Origin: Botryllus schlosseri | Taxonomy: Eukaryota | Length of the DNA: 64,000 nt | Direction: 5' to 3' | Assembly (NCBI GenBank): GCA_051294905.1 | Contig: CM119386.1 | Coordinates: forward strand, 13,020,001 to 13,084,000 | Shown here: positions 56,301-62,933 of the stretch, piece after piece | Layout: each line of letters starts with the position of its first letter | How positions within the stretch are numbered: the stretch's first letter is position 1 | Notes under the pieces: model-generated | Databases searched by the model: none | Seen by the model: only the letters and a program-made list of their open reading frames with translations | What the model was told of the DNA's origin: nothing | Translations under genes and position numbers: made by a program

Positions 56301-59300
56301 TTTTTTTCTCAAATCGTACTGGCTACTTGATAAAATTGTTATGTTACCTAATTTAAGCCTACACACAAAATTTGGTTCAATTCCAGCCAGTAACCGCTTT
56401 GCTACAGGAGAAGAAAGTTTCTATATATTATATAAAAATAAATAATAAAAATTTTGAAAATTTTCTGTTCACCCCATGAAAGTGTTAGGCTATCTAGTGT
56501 CTATAGAAACGATGCTCACCAAATTTGGTTCAATTCCAACCAGTGGAAGCGGAGTTATTGCCGTCGAAAAATTTGGATTTGAATAAAATAGTATTTACGG
56601 TGACCAATTCTTTGTTTATTTATTATAGTTGTGCTCACCGTAAATACTATTTTATTCAAATCCAAATTTTTCGACGGCAATAACTCCGCTTCCATATGTT
56701 GGAATTGAACCAAATTTGGTGAGCATCGTTTCTATAGACAGCCTAACACTTTCATGGTGTGAACAGAAAATTTCAAATTTTTTATTATTTATTTTTATAA
56801 AATAAATAGAAACTTACTTCTCCTGTAGCAAAGCGGTTACTGGCTGGAATTGAACCAAACTTTGTGTGTAGGCTTAAATTAGGTAACCTAACAATTTTAT
56901 CAAGTAGCCAGTACGATTTGAGAAAAAAAGTCATTTTTGAAGAGCCCTAACATACATACATAAACTGACTATAACTATTCACAGAAACAAACAAGAACTG
57001 TAGTCTATCATATTTTTGTGGCATATTCAGAGGTCGATCAGCGCCGCAAGAAGGCTACCTTGGAGCCGCGGTTGGGAATCACTGGCCTAGGCCTAGGCCC
57101 AGGCGGGTGTCTGATTTCAAAGACTACTCCAGGTCGTTTCGGCACCTTCCTATCTTTTCCTTGTATCGCAGCCTCGTGGTGTTTTGAAACGATAAAATGA
57201 TTAACAATAAACAGATACCAATACCCGTTACAAGTTTCCGTTGCTTTGACAGACTGCGGGACGTGAATCACGACGCGGATCAAGTGACGACGAAACGCTA
57301 CGTCATCACGAGTCCGCCGGACGATTTCAAGCTGATGAAGTCGGACCTTATATTCTGTCTTATGCAGTTCGATTTTTGCGGGAAGAATAACCTCGCCACA
57401 AAGTAATGCGGGGTTTTGGCTTGTCTGCGTTTACGTTACTATGTATAAGTGCGCGGCGTGGCGTATATGTGCGATAGACAGGGCTGGGCATAATCGAGTG
57501 CCTGATTGGTTCGATAACGGGTCGAGTATTGACCTTCGGGTAGAGTACCACTCATTATGACCAAATTGGGCGGCTATATTAGGGTTACCATATTTTGGGA
57601 ATCTGAAAAGAGGATGCTTTTTCAAAATTTACAGACTTGCAATACCGGAGTAAAATCCCGAAAAAACGGTAAATTTTTCCCGACTTTTAGGTCGGTTGAC
57701 TAAAAAAAAAGGTCATTTCTCTGGCTCAAGTTCCGAAACCCCGTCGGACCGGTACTTGGCCGCTGATTTCCTATATCTCTGCCAATTTCCACGTACATTT
57801 AACCAAAATTCTCAAAAGAAGAGGACAAATTCTCAAAAGAAGAGGACAAATTCTCAAAAAAGAGGACAGATCCTCTTAAAAGAGGACGTATGGTAACCCT
57901 AGGCTATATGCCTGGAAAAATTTGTTTGTTCGTTTCAAACCAACTCATCAACAAGAAATCGTTCAGCAAATCAGGAACACACTGTCATAAATCAAGTAAA
58001 CGTTTTCCAGAAGAGCTGCTCATTGACATGAAACGCCCGGATTTTTGAAACTCTGTTTTCGCTAAAAGCTTTGGATGTCTCCTCCCAAATTTTATTCCAT
58101 GATTGTTGATATACAATGTTCTTTCCAATTCTCTACTAGTTGCTGACGATTACCCCTGACGAGGGTCAGCCGAAAATATTCAGGTTCATTTCAATATGAA
58201 TATACTATTCAATTGTATATTGAAGTTCTGTACCTCCAAGAAGCTCTCCATGATAAGTGCGATCAAAATTTTATTGTCATTTGCACATTCACGGGTGTGT
58301 GAACGTGTTTTTTCTTCGTTTTGACTGACACATCAATCGATTTTCTAAGCAACGTTCTTGTGAGGGTGCCACAAGCCGAAAAAGTCTGGGGACCACTGCA
58401 CTATATAGTCTTCTGTAAAAAACATAAATTGGATTAGACAATCGAATTTCAATTCTTGACCACAATCATCACAATTGACGGTCGACCAGGGATTCACGTA
58501 CTCAAACCGTTGTGCTCAGCCCTACACAGCTACACTGTACCCACCACCATAGTATCGACCTGTTCACATCCGCTTTGGTCTCCTGGATTACATAATAGAG
58601 TGTATACCAAGGTAGCAAATGAGTTTAACATCTTTCCCAATGTACGAAAGCATTACATGAACGCTACCGTATAGTTCAAATGGAGTGGAAAATAACGGGT
58701 TTCGAATACCCGAGTAGATGAAACCCGGCTGTAATCGAGCTGGAGAAAACTTACAGATTGCCTATTGATCTTTCTTACGCTCTTTTGTAAAAAATATCGG
58801 CACGACCGCGACTATACGGAGACGCTTTTCTTTAATCCAGCCCTCAGAAAGTTCAGCCCTCGTCTTCAACCCTGGCAGCCTCTACCCTGGCGGAGATTTG
58901 TTAGGATGAATCGCCGTAAGTGTGAGGTCATCGGTGAAGCATGGCTGCGCGTTTCTAATTCTGTTCACTATGTAGCGGTTTGCGTATGGATCGGCTTGCC
59001 TTCTGCCTTTTTCGTTTGGTAACGGGGTGATTCGATGCAGAATCGGCGAATATAATTTGCGCTGTTTTGTGAATTTGTGTTGCCGAAGATTTTAATTGGT
59101 ATGGTGTCCAATCTAATTTTGTTCCTATCTGATAATGCACCGACAGTAATCATTGTATACAATTGAATACTACATTCGTATTGAAATAAACCTGAATATT
59201 ATCAGCTAACACTCGTCAAGGGTAATCGTTAGGTGATACGATTGTTGATATGCAATGTTCTTTCCAAATCTCGACCAGTTGCTGACGATTCACCTAGACG

Positions 59301-61273
59301 AGTGTCAGCCGAAAATATTCGGGTTTATTTGGATACGAATATATTATTCAATTGTATACTTAAGCTCCGTGCCTTCAAGAAACTTTTTAGTGATCTTTTC
59401 CGTATTATTGACAGTTTCTCCTGCTAAAGCGTTGTGTGGACGTATGCTTGGCTCAGTAACTGGGTTAAAAAGTTCAATATCTATTGCAATAGAATTGCTG
59501 TATAAGGAATCTTCGCCTCGTTTCAATTTTCAACTTGAGCATTGTTCGCTACGTCAAAATTGCGCCTCGAAATCGTGTCGTTTAGAAATGAACTACATCC
59601 TGTCAATTTTCAACGGCTTCTCCCAAATTTTTTCCATTTGGATACAGAAGTTCTATCAGATCACTGTAGGCCCAACATTTCCAATCTTTCCCTGTAGCGT
59701 GCTGCAAATAAGATAATAGATGAGTTAGATGACGAAAGCTACTAAGTACTAACATATAAAGGTTCTTTATTTACAGTTTTATGGTGACAAGTTTACACAA
59801 TCCCGTAATCCCCTCTCGAATGCATAATGTCAATGCACATATAAATCAATCAGTATTCTTTAGCAAAGCTCACCATCTCTAGGAATCGATATATGGTCAC
59901 AAGACTCCTGATTTGTTGTGATTTTATTTATATTTTGCTGGTGTTGTAGTTGCTTTTGATGTGCCGTGATTTTTAGGGACCATATTTAACCTACCTGTGG
60001 TTGATTTATCAGAAAAGTAACCTCAAATGCCTTATCCTAACGTACAGCACGCCGTGAATGGTACGATATGCCATCTCTCAATACTACAACAGGTATATAT
60101 CCGGTTAAGAAGCACAAAATAATATCACTTTTGGTATTTGCGAATCAAAATTTACAATTGTAAAGCGTAAAAATAGTATATAAGTAAACAGAACAAAGCT
60201 AACACAATCCCAGGACATGCATTGCGGAAACTTACTGCATTGACCGTGGCTGATATAATTCATGATTCCTTCGCGCAATTCCTACAGTAAAAGCTACTTA
60301 TTATAGACTGGGACAATTAGCCAATCCTAATCGTTTAGTTAGACTAATTAACTTTATTCAAAGATACTTTTGAAATGTTTCTATGATTCAAATTTTTGGT
60401 TTTCCTGAAAATGCTACAGGAAACGAGCTAAGCTATACTGTACGGAAATCTGCCACTTTTCATGCATTTCAGAATAAACTGACATGAACCAAACTTGAAT
60501 TTTGTTGCCTTTATTTCTAATCCGGAATTTAATTCATATTCAAAGTTATCGTGAATTCAGAAATGAGGAAAATTGTCTATTTGTCCAAGTCTTTTACAGA
60601 TATTAAAATACTAATATTAGCAAATTATGGACGGACCTGAAATTTACATTCTTACCGTGTGCAGTGCGTTGCATGCGATACCCTCTAATTGTGTTGAACT
60701 AATTTCGATATCGTGTGACCAATCGAAGATTTTAATTTAAAAGCGTCCCACGAATTCCGTGCGTGAACACCGATTCCTTTCAGGTCCGGGATGGCATTGA
60801 AACCGTCGCACGCGGCCACTTCATCCAGCTTGACAGTACCATACGCGTCGCGCGCTTTAAACAGGAGCAATTCGGATCGGCGCGATTCCAACTACACATC
60901 ATCACAACCCGTTAATTCATCGCCGCAGTTCGGCTACGCGACCCATTCGCAGTACCTATCAACGCCGTCTTTACCGCGAACGCCCGGCAGGCAAGAAGGC
61001 GAATCTCTTCAAGAGACGCCCACCAGGAATCTGTACGGGTTTCAAAACAACGGCAAAGGCCTAGGACACAACAACAACCACTCGTACGCTGACAAAAGCA
61101 ACAAAACCCCGGCGTCCTCACAGCAAGAACAGCGCGGGAAGAGAACTCCGTCCCGTGAAATACCGGACGACAGGAGGTACGTGAATATCGGAAGCGGCAG
61201 TCTGGAGAAGAGAAAAACTCGGTCGGCGGATCACAGGATGAAAGGGAACAAGTATGACAGCACAGTCACGTAG
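20253..61273 (+). CDS. KCNMA1: Slo1 / BK large-conductance Ca2+- and voltage-activated K+ channel alpha subunit, full gene model (27 coding exons, 1237 aa with exon 17a, no cassette)
   Basis: join(20253..20318,20881..21032,21651..21816,21883..21944,22596..22689,24588..24699,25361..25512,25570..25650,26030..26211,29010..29120,30852..31040,31703..31808,32499..32618,34323..34432,34492..34560,37406..37492,40012..40088,48045..48129,48973..49108,50015..50239,51028..51220,51475..51573,54196..54326,54426..54620,55206..55279,57253..57402,60784..61273). Sum 3714 nt, all phases compatible, GT-AG except one GC-AG. Hallmarks: S4 [10 protein letters not shown], filter TVGYGD, RCK1 [10 protein letters not shown], Ca bowl [16 protein letters not shown]. 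Confidence 0.96.
20881..21032 (+). CDS. KCNMA1: Slo1 exon 2, S0: [50 protein letters not shown](G)
   Basis: Matches vertebrate [24 protein letters not shown]; TAG acceptor 20878-80, donor GG|GTAAGC. Confidence 0.93.
21651..21816 (+). CDS. KCNMA1: Slo1 exon 3, S0-S1 loop: ...[25 protein letters not shown]
   Basis: [13 protein letters not shown] motif; NAGNAG acceptor TAG/CAG (21650 or 21653); donor TTA|GTAAGG. Confidence 0.95.
21883..21944 (+). CDS. KCNMA1: Slo1 exon 4, S1: [20 protein letters not shown](N)
   Basis: 62 nt, near-identical to vertebrate S1; CAG acceptor, GTGAGT donor. Confidence 0.96.
22596..22689 (+). CDS. KCNMA1: Slo1 exon 5, S2: [31 protein letters not shown]
   Basis: 94 nt; FFLLYFGLR motif; CAG / GTAATA. 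Confidence 0.96.
23653..23873. mobile_element. Short MITE related to 15072-15531
   Basis: TIR TAGTGTTGGG / CCCAACACTG; TSD only partly matching. Confidence 0.55.
24588..24699 (+). CDS. KCNMA1: Slo1 exon 6, S3: [37 protein letters not shown](G)
   Basis: 112 nt; TTTTCAG acceptor, G|GTGGGG donor. Confidence 0.97.
24917..25190. repeat. Inverted pair of hammerhead/pLTR-family arms with a 34-bp tandem duplication between them
   Basis: Minus arm 24968-25026, plus arm 25085-25190; GTCATCACCTAGTAGAGAATTGGAAATTGCTGAC at 25023-25056 and 25057-25090; cores mutated (CTGACGG; deletion). Confidence 0.8.
25361..25512 (+). CDS. KCNMA1: Slo1 exon 7, S4-S5: [50 protein letters not shown]
   Basis: 152 nt; voltage-sensor arginines; TTTTCAG / GTGAGG. 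Confidence 0.97.
25570..25650 (+). CDS. KCNMA1: Slo1 exon 8, turret/pore helix: [27 protein letters not shown]
   Basis: 81 nt after a 57-nt intron; YWECVY motif; GTAAGT donor. Confidence 0.96.
26030..26211 (+). CDS. KCNMA1: Slo1 exon 9, filter + S6: [60 protein letters not shown](K)
   Basis: 182 nt; TVGYGD; AA|GTAAGA donor. Confidence 0.98.
27189..27577. mobile_element. hAT MITE (389 bp)
   Basis: TIR CAGTGGTTCTCAACC / GGTTGAGAAATACTG; TSD GTTTAGAT/GTTTAGAG. Confidence 0.85.
29010..29120 (+). CDS. KCNMA1: Slo1 exon 10, RCK1 start: [36 protein letters not shown](G)
   Basis: 111 nt; TTTTCAG / GTGAGT. Confidence 0.97.
29652..29860 (+). repeat. Unclassified dispersed repeat family Z (other copies ~63694-63895 +; 55322-55364 plus 57085-57160 minus; fragment ~26391)
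   Basis: Shared GGTG(C/T)CGAAA...TTGGAGTAG...ATCAGACACCC...GCCTAGG...GGCATGCACAG...GGTCCGGTAA. Confidence 0.7.
30852..31040 (+). CDS. KCNMA1: Slo1 exon 11: [62 protein letters not shown](R)
   Basis: 189 nt; RCK1 motifs conserved. Confidence 0.97.
31703..31808 (+). CDS. KCNMA1: Slo1 exon 12: [35 protein letters not shown]
   Basis: 106 nt; TTTTTCAG acceptor, GAG|GTTGGT donor. Confidence 0.95.
32499..32618 (+). CDS. KCNMA1: Slo1 exon 13: [40 protein letters not shown]
   Basis: 120 nt; AAG|GTAAAC donor. Confidence 0.97.
32730..32945 (-). mobile_element. Probable tRNA-derived SINE, second family
   Basis: Minus strand reads TTGCTCGGTGTTTAGAGC (A-box-like) ... GGGTTCAAATCG (B-box-like); single copy seen. 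Confidence 0.45.
34323..34432 (+). CDS. KCNMA1: Slo1 exon 14: [36 protein letters not shown](E)
   Basis: 110 nt; EMYTEY motif. Confidence 0.96.
34492..34560 (+). CDS. KCNMA1: Slo1 exon 15: [22 protein letters not shown](K)
   Basis: 69 nt after a 59-nt intron; GTGAGT donor. Confidence 0.95.
37406..37492 (+). CDS. KCNMA1: Slo1 exon 16: [28 protein letters not shown](R); non-canonical GC donor
   Basis: 87 nt; INPG...EGTLGFF motif; donor AAG|GCAAGT. Confidence 0.94.
38076..38865. mobile_element. hAT MITE (790 bp)
   Basis: Perfect 15-bp TIR CAGGGGCGGCCAACC; TSD GTTTAACT/GTTTGACT. Confidence 0.9.
40012..40088 (+). CDS. KCNMA1: Slo1 exon 17a (mutually exclusive A): (R)[25 protein letters not shown]
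   Basis: 77 nt, phase 2 to 1; TAG acceptor, C|GTAAGC donor; CXXCH motif. Confidence 0.88.
41147..41238 (+). CDS. KCNMA1: Slo1 exon 17b (mutually exclusive B): (R)[30 protein letters not shown]
   Basis: 92 nt, phase 2 to 1; TTTTGCGTAG acceptor, A|GTAAGA donor; closer to vertebrate [26 protein letters not shown] than 17a. Confidence 0.9.
41641..42110. mobile_element. hAT MITE (470 bp)
   Basis: TIR CAGTGGTTTCCAAC / GTTGGGAACCACTG; subterminal GGGGCGA; perfect TSD GTATACAT. Confidence 0.92.
42550..42603 (+). CDS. KCNMA1: Candidate Slo1 cassette exon at the STREX-equivalent site: (R)[17 protein letters not shown]
   Basis: 54 nt (18 codons), phase 1-1, stop-free; long polypyrimidine tract + CAG, donor CTG|GTAAGT. 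Confidence 0.72.
45292..46278. mobile_element. hAT MITE (987 bp)
   Basis: TIR TAGGGATGGTGTGAAC; subterminal GGTTC/GAACC arrays; perfect TSD GTGTTCAG. Confidence 0.92.
46896..47423. mobile_element. hAT MITE (528 bp)
   Basis: TIR TAGGGCTGGGCA; subterminal ACTCGA/TCGAGT arrays; perfect TSD GTATTAAG; a related left end occurs at ~57478. Confidence 0.92.
48045..48129 (+). CDS. KCNMA1: Slo1 exon 18, RCK1-RCK2 linker: [27 protein letters not shown](S)
   Basis: 85 nt, phase 1 to 2, which is the bridge needed between exons 17 and 19; no sequence homology; acceptor is pyrimidine-poor. Confidence 0.65.
48973..49108 (+). CDS. KCNMA1: Slo1 exon 19: [45 protein letters not shown]
   Basis: [11 protein letters not shown] motif; TTTCAG / GTGAGG. 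Confidence 0.95.
50015..50239 (+). CDS. KCNMA1: Slo1 exon 20, RCK2: [75 protein letters not shown]
   Basis: 225 nt; [13 protein letters not shown] motif; GTAAGT donor. Confidence 0.97.
50447..50690 (+). mobile_element. tRNA-derived SINE, family S
   Basis: B box at 50503-13; same body; GACCATAGTC tandem near the tail. Confidence 0.78.
51028..51220 (+). CDS. KCNMA1: Slo1 exon 21: [64 protein letters not shown](G)
   Basis: 193 nt; [16 protein letters not shown] motif. Confidence 0.97.
51475..51573 (+). CDS. KCNMA1: Slo1 exon 22: (G)[32 protein letters not shown]
   Basis: [10 protein letters not shown] motif, donor G|GTGAGT; 5' boundary ambiguous between two in-frame AAG acceptors (start 51475 or 51484). 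Confidence 0.85.
51899..52212 (+). mobile_element. Solo left arm of the foldback family, nested in hAT 51826-53399
   Basis: Colinear with 56281-56600 (TAGGGGTCTTCAAAAATGAC...GAATAAAATAGTATTT). Confidence 0.85.
52768..53021. repeat. 254-bp inverted repeat nested in hAT 51826-53399
   Basis: Arms 52768-52874 and 52905-53021, few mismatches, one CAGCATTGTT duplication in the right arm. Confidence 0.88.
53408..53500 (+). repeat. 3' part of a hammerhead/pLTR-family copy interrupted by the hAT insertion 51826-53399
   Basis: GTCAGCCGAAACTATTCGGGTTTATTTCAATATG...GAAGTTCTGTGCCTCC; its upstream flank (...CAATTGTCTACTA) lies at ~51790-51825. Confidence 0.75.
53948..54117 (+). mobile_element. 5'-truncated family S SINE (further fragments at ~7960-8110 and ~4585-4630)
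   Basis: Body and tail match the two full copies. Confidence 0.72.
54196..54326 (+). CDS. KCNMA1: Slo1 exon 23, calcium bowl: (V)[43 protein letters not shown]
   Basis: 131 nt; intact Ca bowl. Confidence 0.99.
54426..54620 (+). CDS. KCNMA1: Slo1 exon 24: [65 protein letters not shown]
   Basis: 195 nt; TGGATPELE motif. Confidence 0.98.
55206..55279 (+). CDS. KCNMA1: Slo1 exon 25: [24 protein letters not shown](R)
   Basis: 74 nt; YGDLF...LCFGIYR; TTTCAG / GTAAAG. Confidence 0.96.
55365..57084. mobile_element. Non-autonomous hAT element (1720 bp) containing the foldback
   Basis: Ends CAGTGGCCCCCGACC / GGTTGGGAATCACTG, subterminal GGAGCCGC at both ends, perfect TSD GCCTAGGC (55357-64, 57085-92). 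Confidence 0.85.
56281..56949. mobile_element. 669-bp foldback hAT-type MITE (near-perfect palindrome)
   Basis: Arms 56281-56603 and 56635-56949, 31-bp spacer; termini TAGGGCTCTTC/GAAGAGCCCTA; 8-bp TSD ATATACAT/ACATACAT. Confidence 0.93.
57253..57402 (+). CDS. KCNMA1: Slo1 exon 26: [49 protein letters not shown](K); read-through ends at TAA 57404-57406
   Basis: KRYVIT-PP...[10 protein letters not shown] motif; donor AA|GTAATG overlaps an in-frame stop. Confidence 0.93.
57580..57901. mobile_element. hAT MITE (322 bp)
   Basis: TIR TAGGGTTACCATA; AAGAGGAC subterminal repeats; perfect TSD GGCTATAT. Confidence 0.92.
58100..58248 (+). ncRNA. Minimal type-I hammerhead ribozyme motif in a Penelope-like pLTR-type repeat (best-preserved copy; core 58142-58185)
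   Basis: ACCC-CTGACGA-G(GGTCAGC)C-GAA-AATATT-C-AGGT: intact CUGANGA and GAAA, 1-bp helix II, palindromic helix III, UUC cleavage triplet at 58179-81; one C.A mismatch at helix I. Confidence 0.7.
59150..59385. repeat. Second inverted pair of hammerhead/pLTR-family arms
   Basis: Minus arm ~59150-59231, plus arm 59281-59385; cores degenerate (TTGACGAG/GATA; CTAGACGAG). Confidence 0.8.
60784..61273 (+). CDS. KCNMA1: Slo1 exon 27, long S/T/N-rich C-terminal tail ([15 protein letters not shown]...DDRRYVN...KYDSTVT*)
   Basis: TTCCTTTCAG acceptor in the phase 2 required by exon 26; 162 further open codons with coding-like GC content; low-complexity tail as in other Slo1 proteins. Confidence 0.8.
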
Positions 61274-61359
61274 ACAGCACCCGTATATCAACTCATGATT
61301 GAATGCGCAGCACGCACTAACGAGCAAATTGATAGCATTTCACACCGTGTGTAGAAATC

Positions 61360-61587
61360 AAGAGATGAGCGAATCTAGTATATCCAATCCGGAACTAATA
61401 CTGTCTGATGTCTAAACCTAAATCCCTAGTCCAAATCCGGTAACGGCTGACATTTGTTCAAAAGTCTCGTGAAAATAATAAAAATTTCTTATCCAAAATC
61501 ATCGTGAAACCATATCCGATCCAAATCCGGCCAAAATCATCAAACGCGGTTTTGCTAAGTCGAAGTCCAAATCCATGCTCATCTCTG
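61360..61587. mobile_element. Degenerate hAT-type MITE 87 bp after the exon 27 stop
   Basis: Ends AGAGATGAGC / GCTCATCTCTG; ATCCAAATCC subterminal repeats; contains AATAAA at 61477. Confidence 0.6.
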
Positions 61588-62880
61588 GGAAAATAGGTCG
61601 GTACTGAAACCACCTGTCGCGACTTTGCGTGGTCAGTGCCTCCTTCGGACACCAAAGTACGTAGTGTTATATTTTTTCATCTGCACCATGTTGCGTTATT
61701 CTGTGCGAGTTGGTTTGTTTACTCTTCGTGTGTTGGCGGATTTCTCTGATCTTTTACTGCGTCTCTTATCTCTACCTATCACTGTTTTATCGCTCGATGT
61801 CGAAGATTTGATCTTGCTTGCTTTACCGCGTATTATCACTGACGGGCGGAAAAGAGTCGCGCGTCGTGATATTCGACCGATGGAGGGCGTATTCAACGCC
61901 AAAGTAAGGACTCTGCCTATGGGTCGAACCCTTGATTCGATCAAACACAACCTGCGGACAGATACGCGCCTAACTTTCAATAGTACATGAAATGCAATAT
62001 ATTTAAACCTCTGCTTTACTGCGGAATCCAAGTATCGCCTGCCGCTGCAGTCGAACAGGTTTTGGTTATGACGCGAAAGGCTTTGTTTTAGCTGTACAGC
62101 AGTCATGTTTAACTTTCGACCGTATGCTGCTTACTGCTCATCAGTGTTTGATAGCACTTGTGAAATCTCTGTTTTTTCATGCCATTCACGGAACAAGATC
62201 AATCCATCGAATTCTCGCGGTATCAATGACCTTAACTGTCCTCTGCGTATCTATAGAATCTACACCCGAAGAGGGCTATGCTTCGATGTGCGGTCCATAG
62301 TGTTTCACGGAGAATCCTGACATGTAATTCTTTATCATCTATGTTCCTCTGGCGAATGTATAGAGCTTATGAACCCGGATAAGCTCCATAGAAAATCGGG
62401 CTGGCGATAGCAATAGGGTTTGCTTGCGCTTACTGGCAACGGAAGCTATTATGGACCGGGCGTAAAGAATGAGATGGGCGTAAAAAATTTCAGCAATGAG
62501 GCGCAGTCGCAAATAATAGTAAATATGGCACAAGCAGCGCGTCATTGCAAAATGATGAAACAACAATGTCCGAGTTGATAGATTCGGGGGCAATGGAACC
62601 ATCCCGCTCATTCTACGCCGCAGGGTGCCGTCAGGCAAACTTCGCTTTTCTCCATCTTCGCAAACATTTTCGCACCTTTCATTTCGCACGGAATCAATAC
62701 TTGTTCTTCTTCCGGCACTATATATAGTACCAACTCATCCGCGGTTTCTTTGGTTTCCTCTGTTCTATCGTTGTTAGATTTGATATATCGTCGATGAATC
62801 GCGAATCATTATGATTTGAATTTTTATTTAATCAATAAAATATGAAACGTTCTCTCCTATTTGGTTTCTTTGTGTCTTAG

Positions 62881-62912
62881 GAGTCGCACCGAAATGCGGG
62901 AGTACGTACCAG
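62881..62912 (+). CDS. Orphan 32-nt micro-exon, candidate alternative Slo1 C-terminal exon: (R)SRTEMREYVP
   Basis: Long polypyrimidine tract + TTAG acceptor and CAG|GTAAGT donor; open in phase 2 from the internal donor at 61176; could instead belong to a downstream gene. Confidence 0.5.
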
Positions 62913-62933
62913 GTAAGTCGAATTGTTTACCAT

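Noticed and set aside
57696-57896. ORF with NSQKKRT repeats
   Set aside because: It is a translation of the subterminal repeats of MITE 57580-57901.
55365-58398. One large hAT element capturing exon 26 (left end 55365, right end ...GGGGACCACTG 58398)
   Set aside because: The flanks do not form a TSD (GCCTAGGC vs CACTATAT). The true right end is 57084, with a perfect TSD.
62100-62150. Minus-strand CTGATGAG...CGAAA as another hammerhead
   Set aside because: Helix II does not extend beyond one pair over an 18-nt loop, and the only plausible helix III puts G at the cleavage position.
61806-62570. Further alternative Slo1 tail exons (61855-61903 with AAA|GTAAGG donor; 62494-62578 ending CPS*)
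   Set aside because: The acceptors are weak or the phases need extra assumptions; cannot be distinguished from chance without transcripts.
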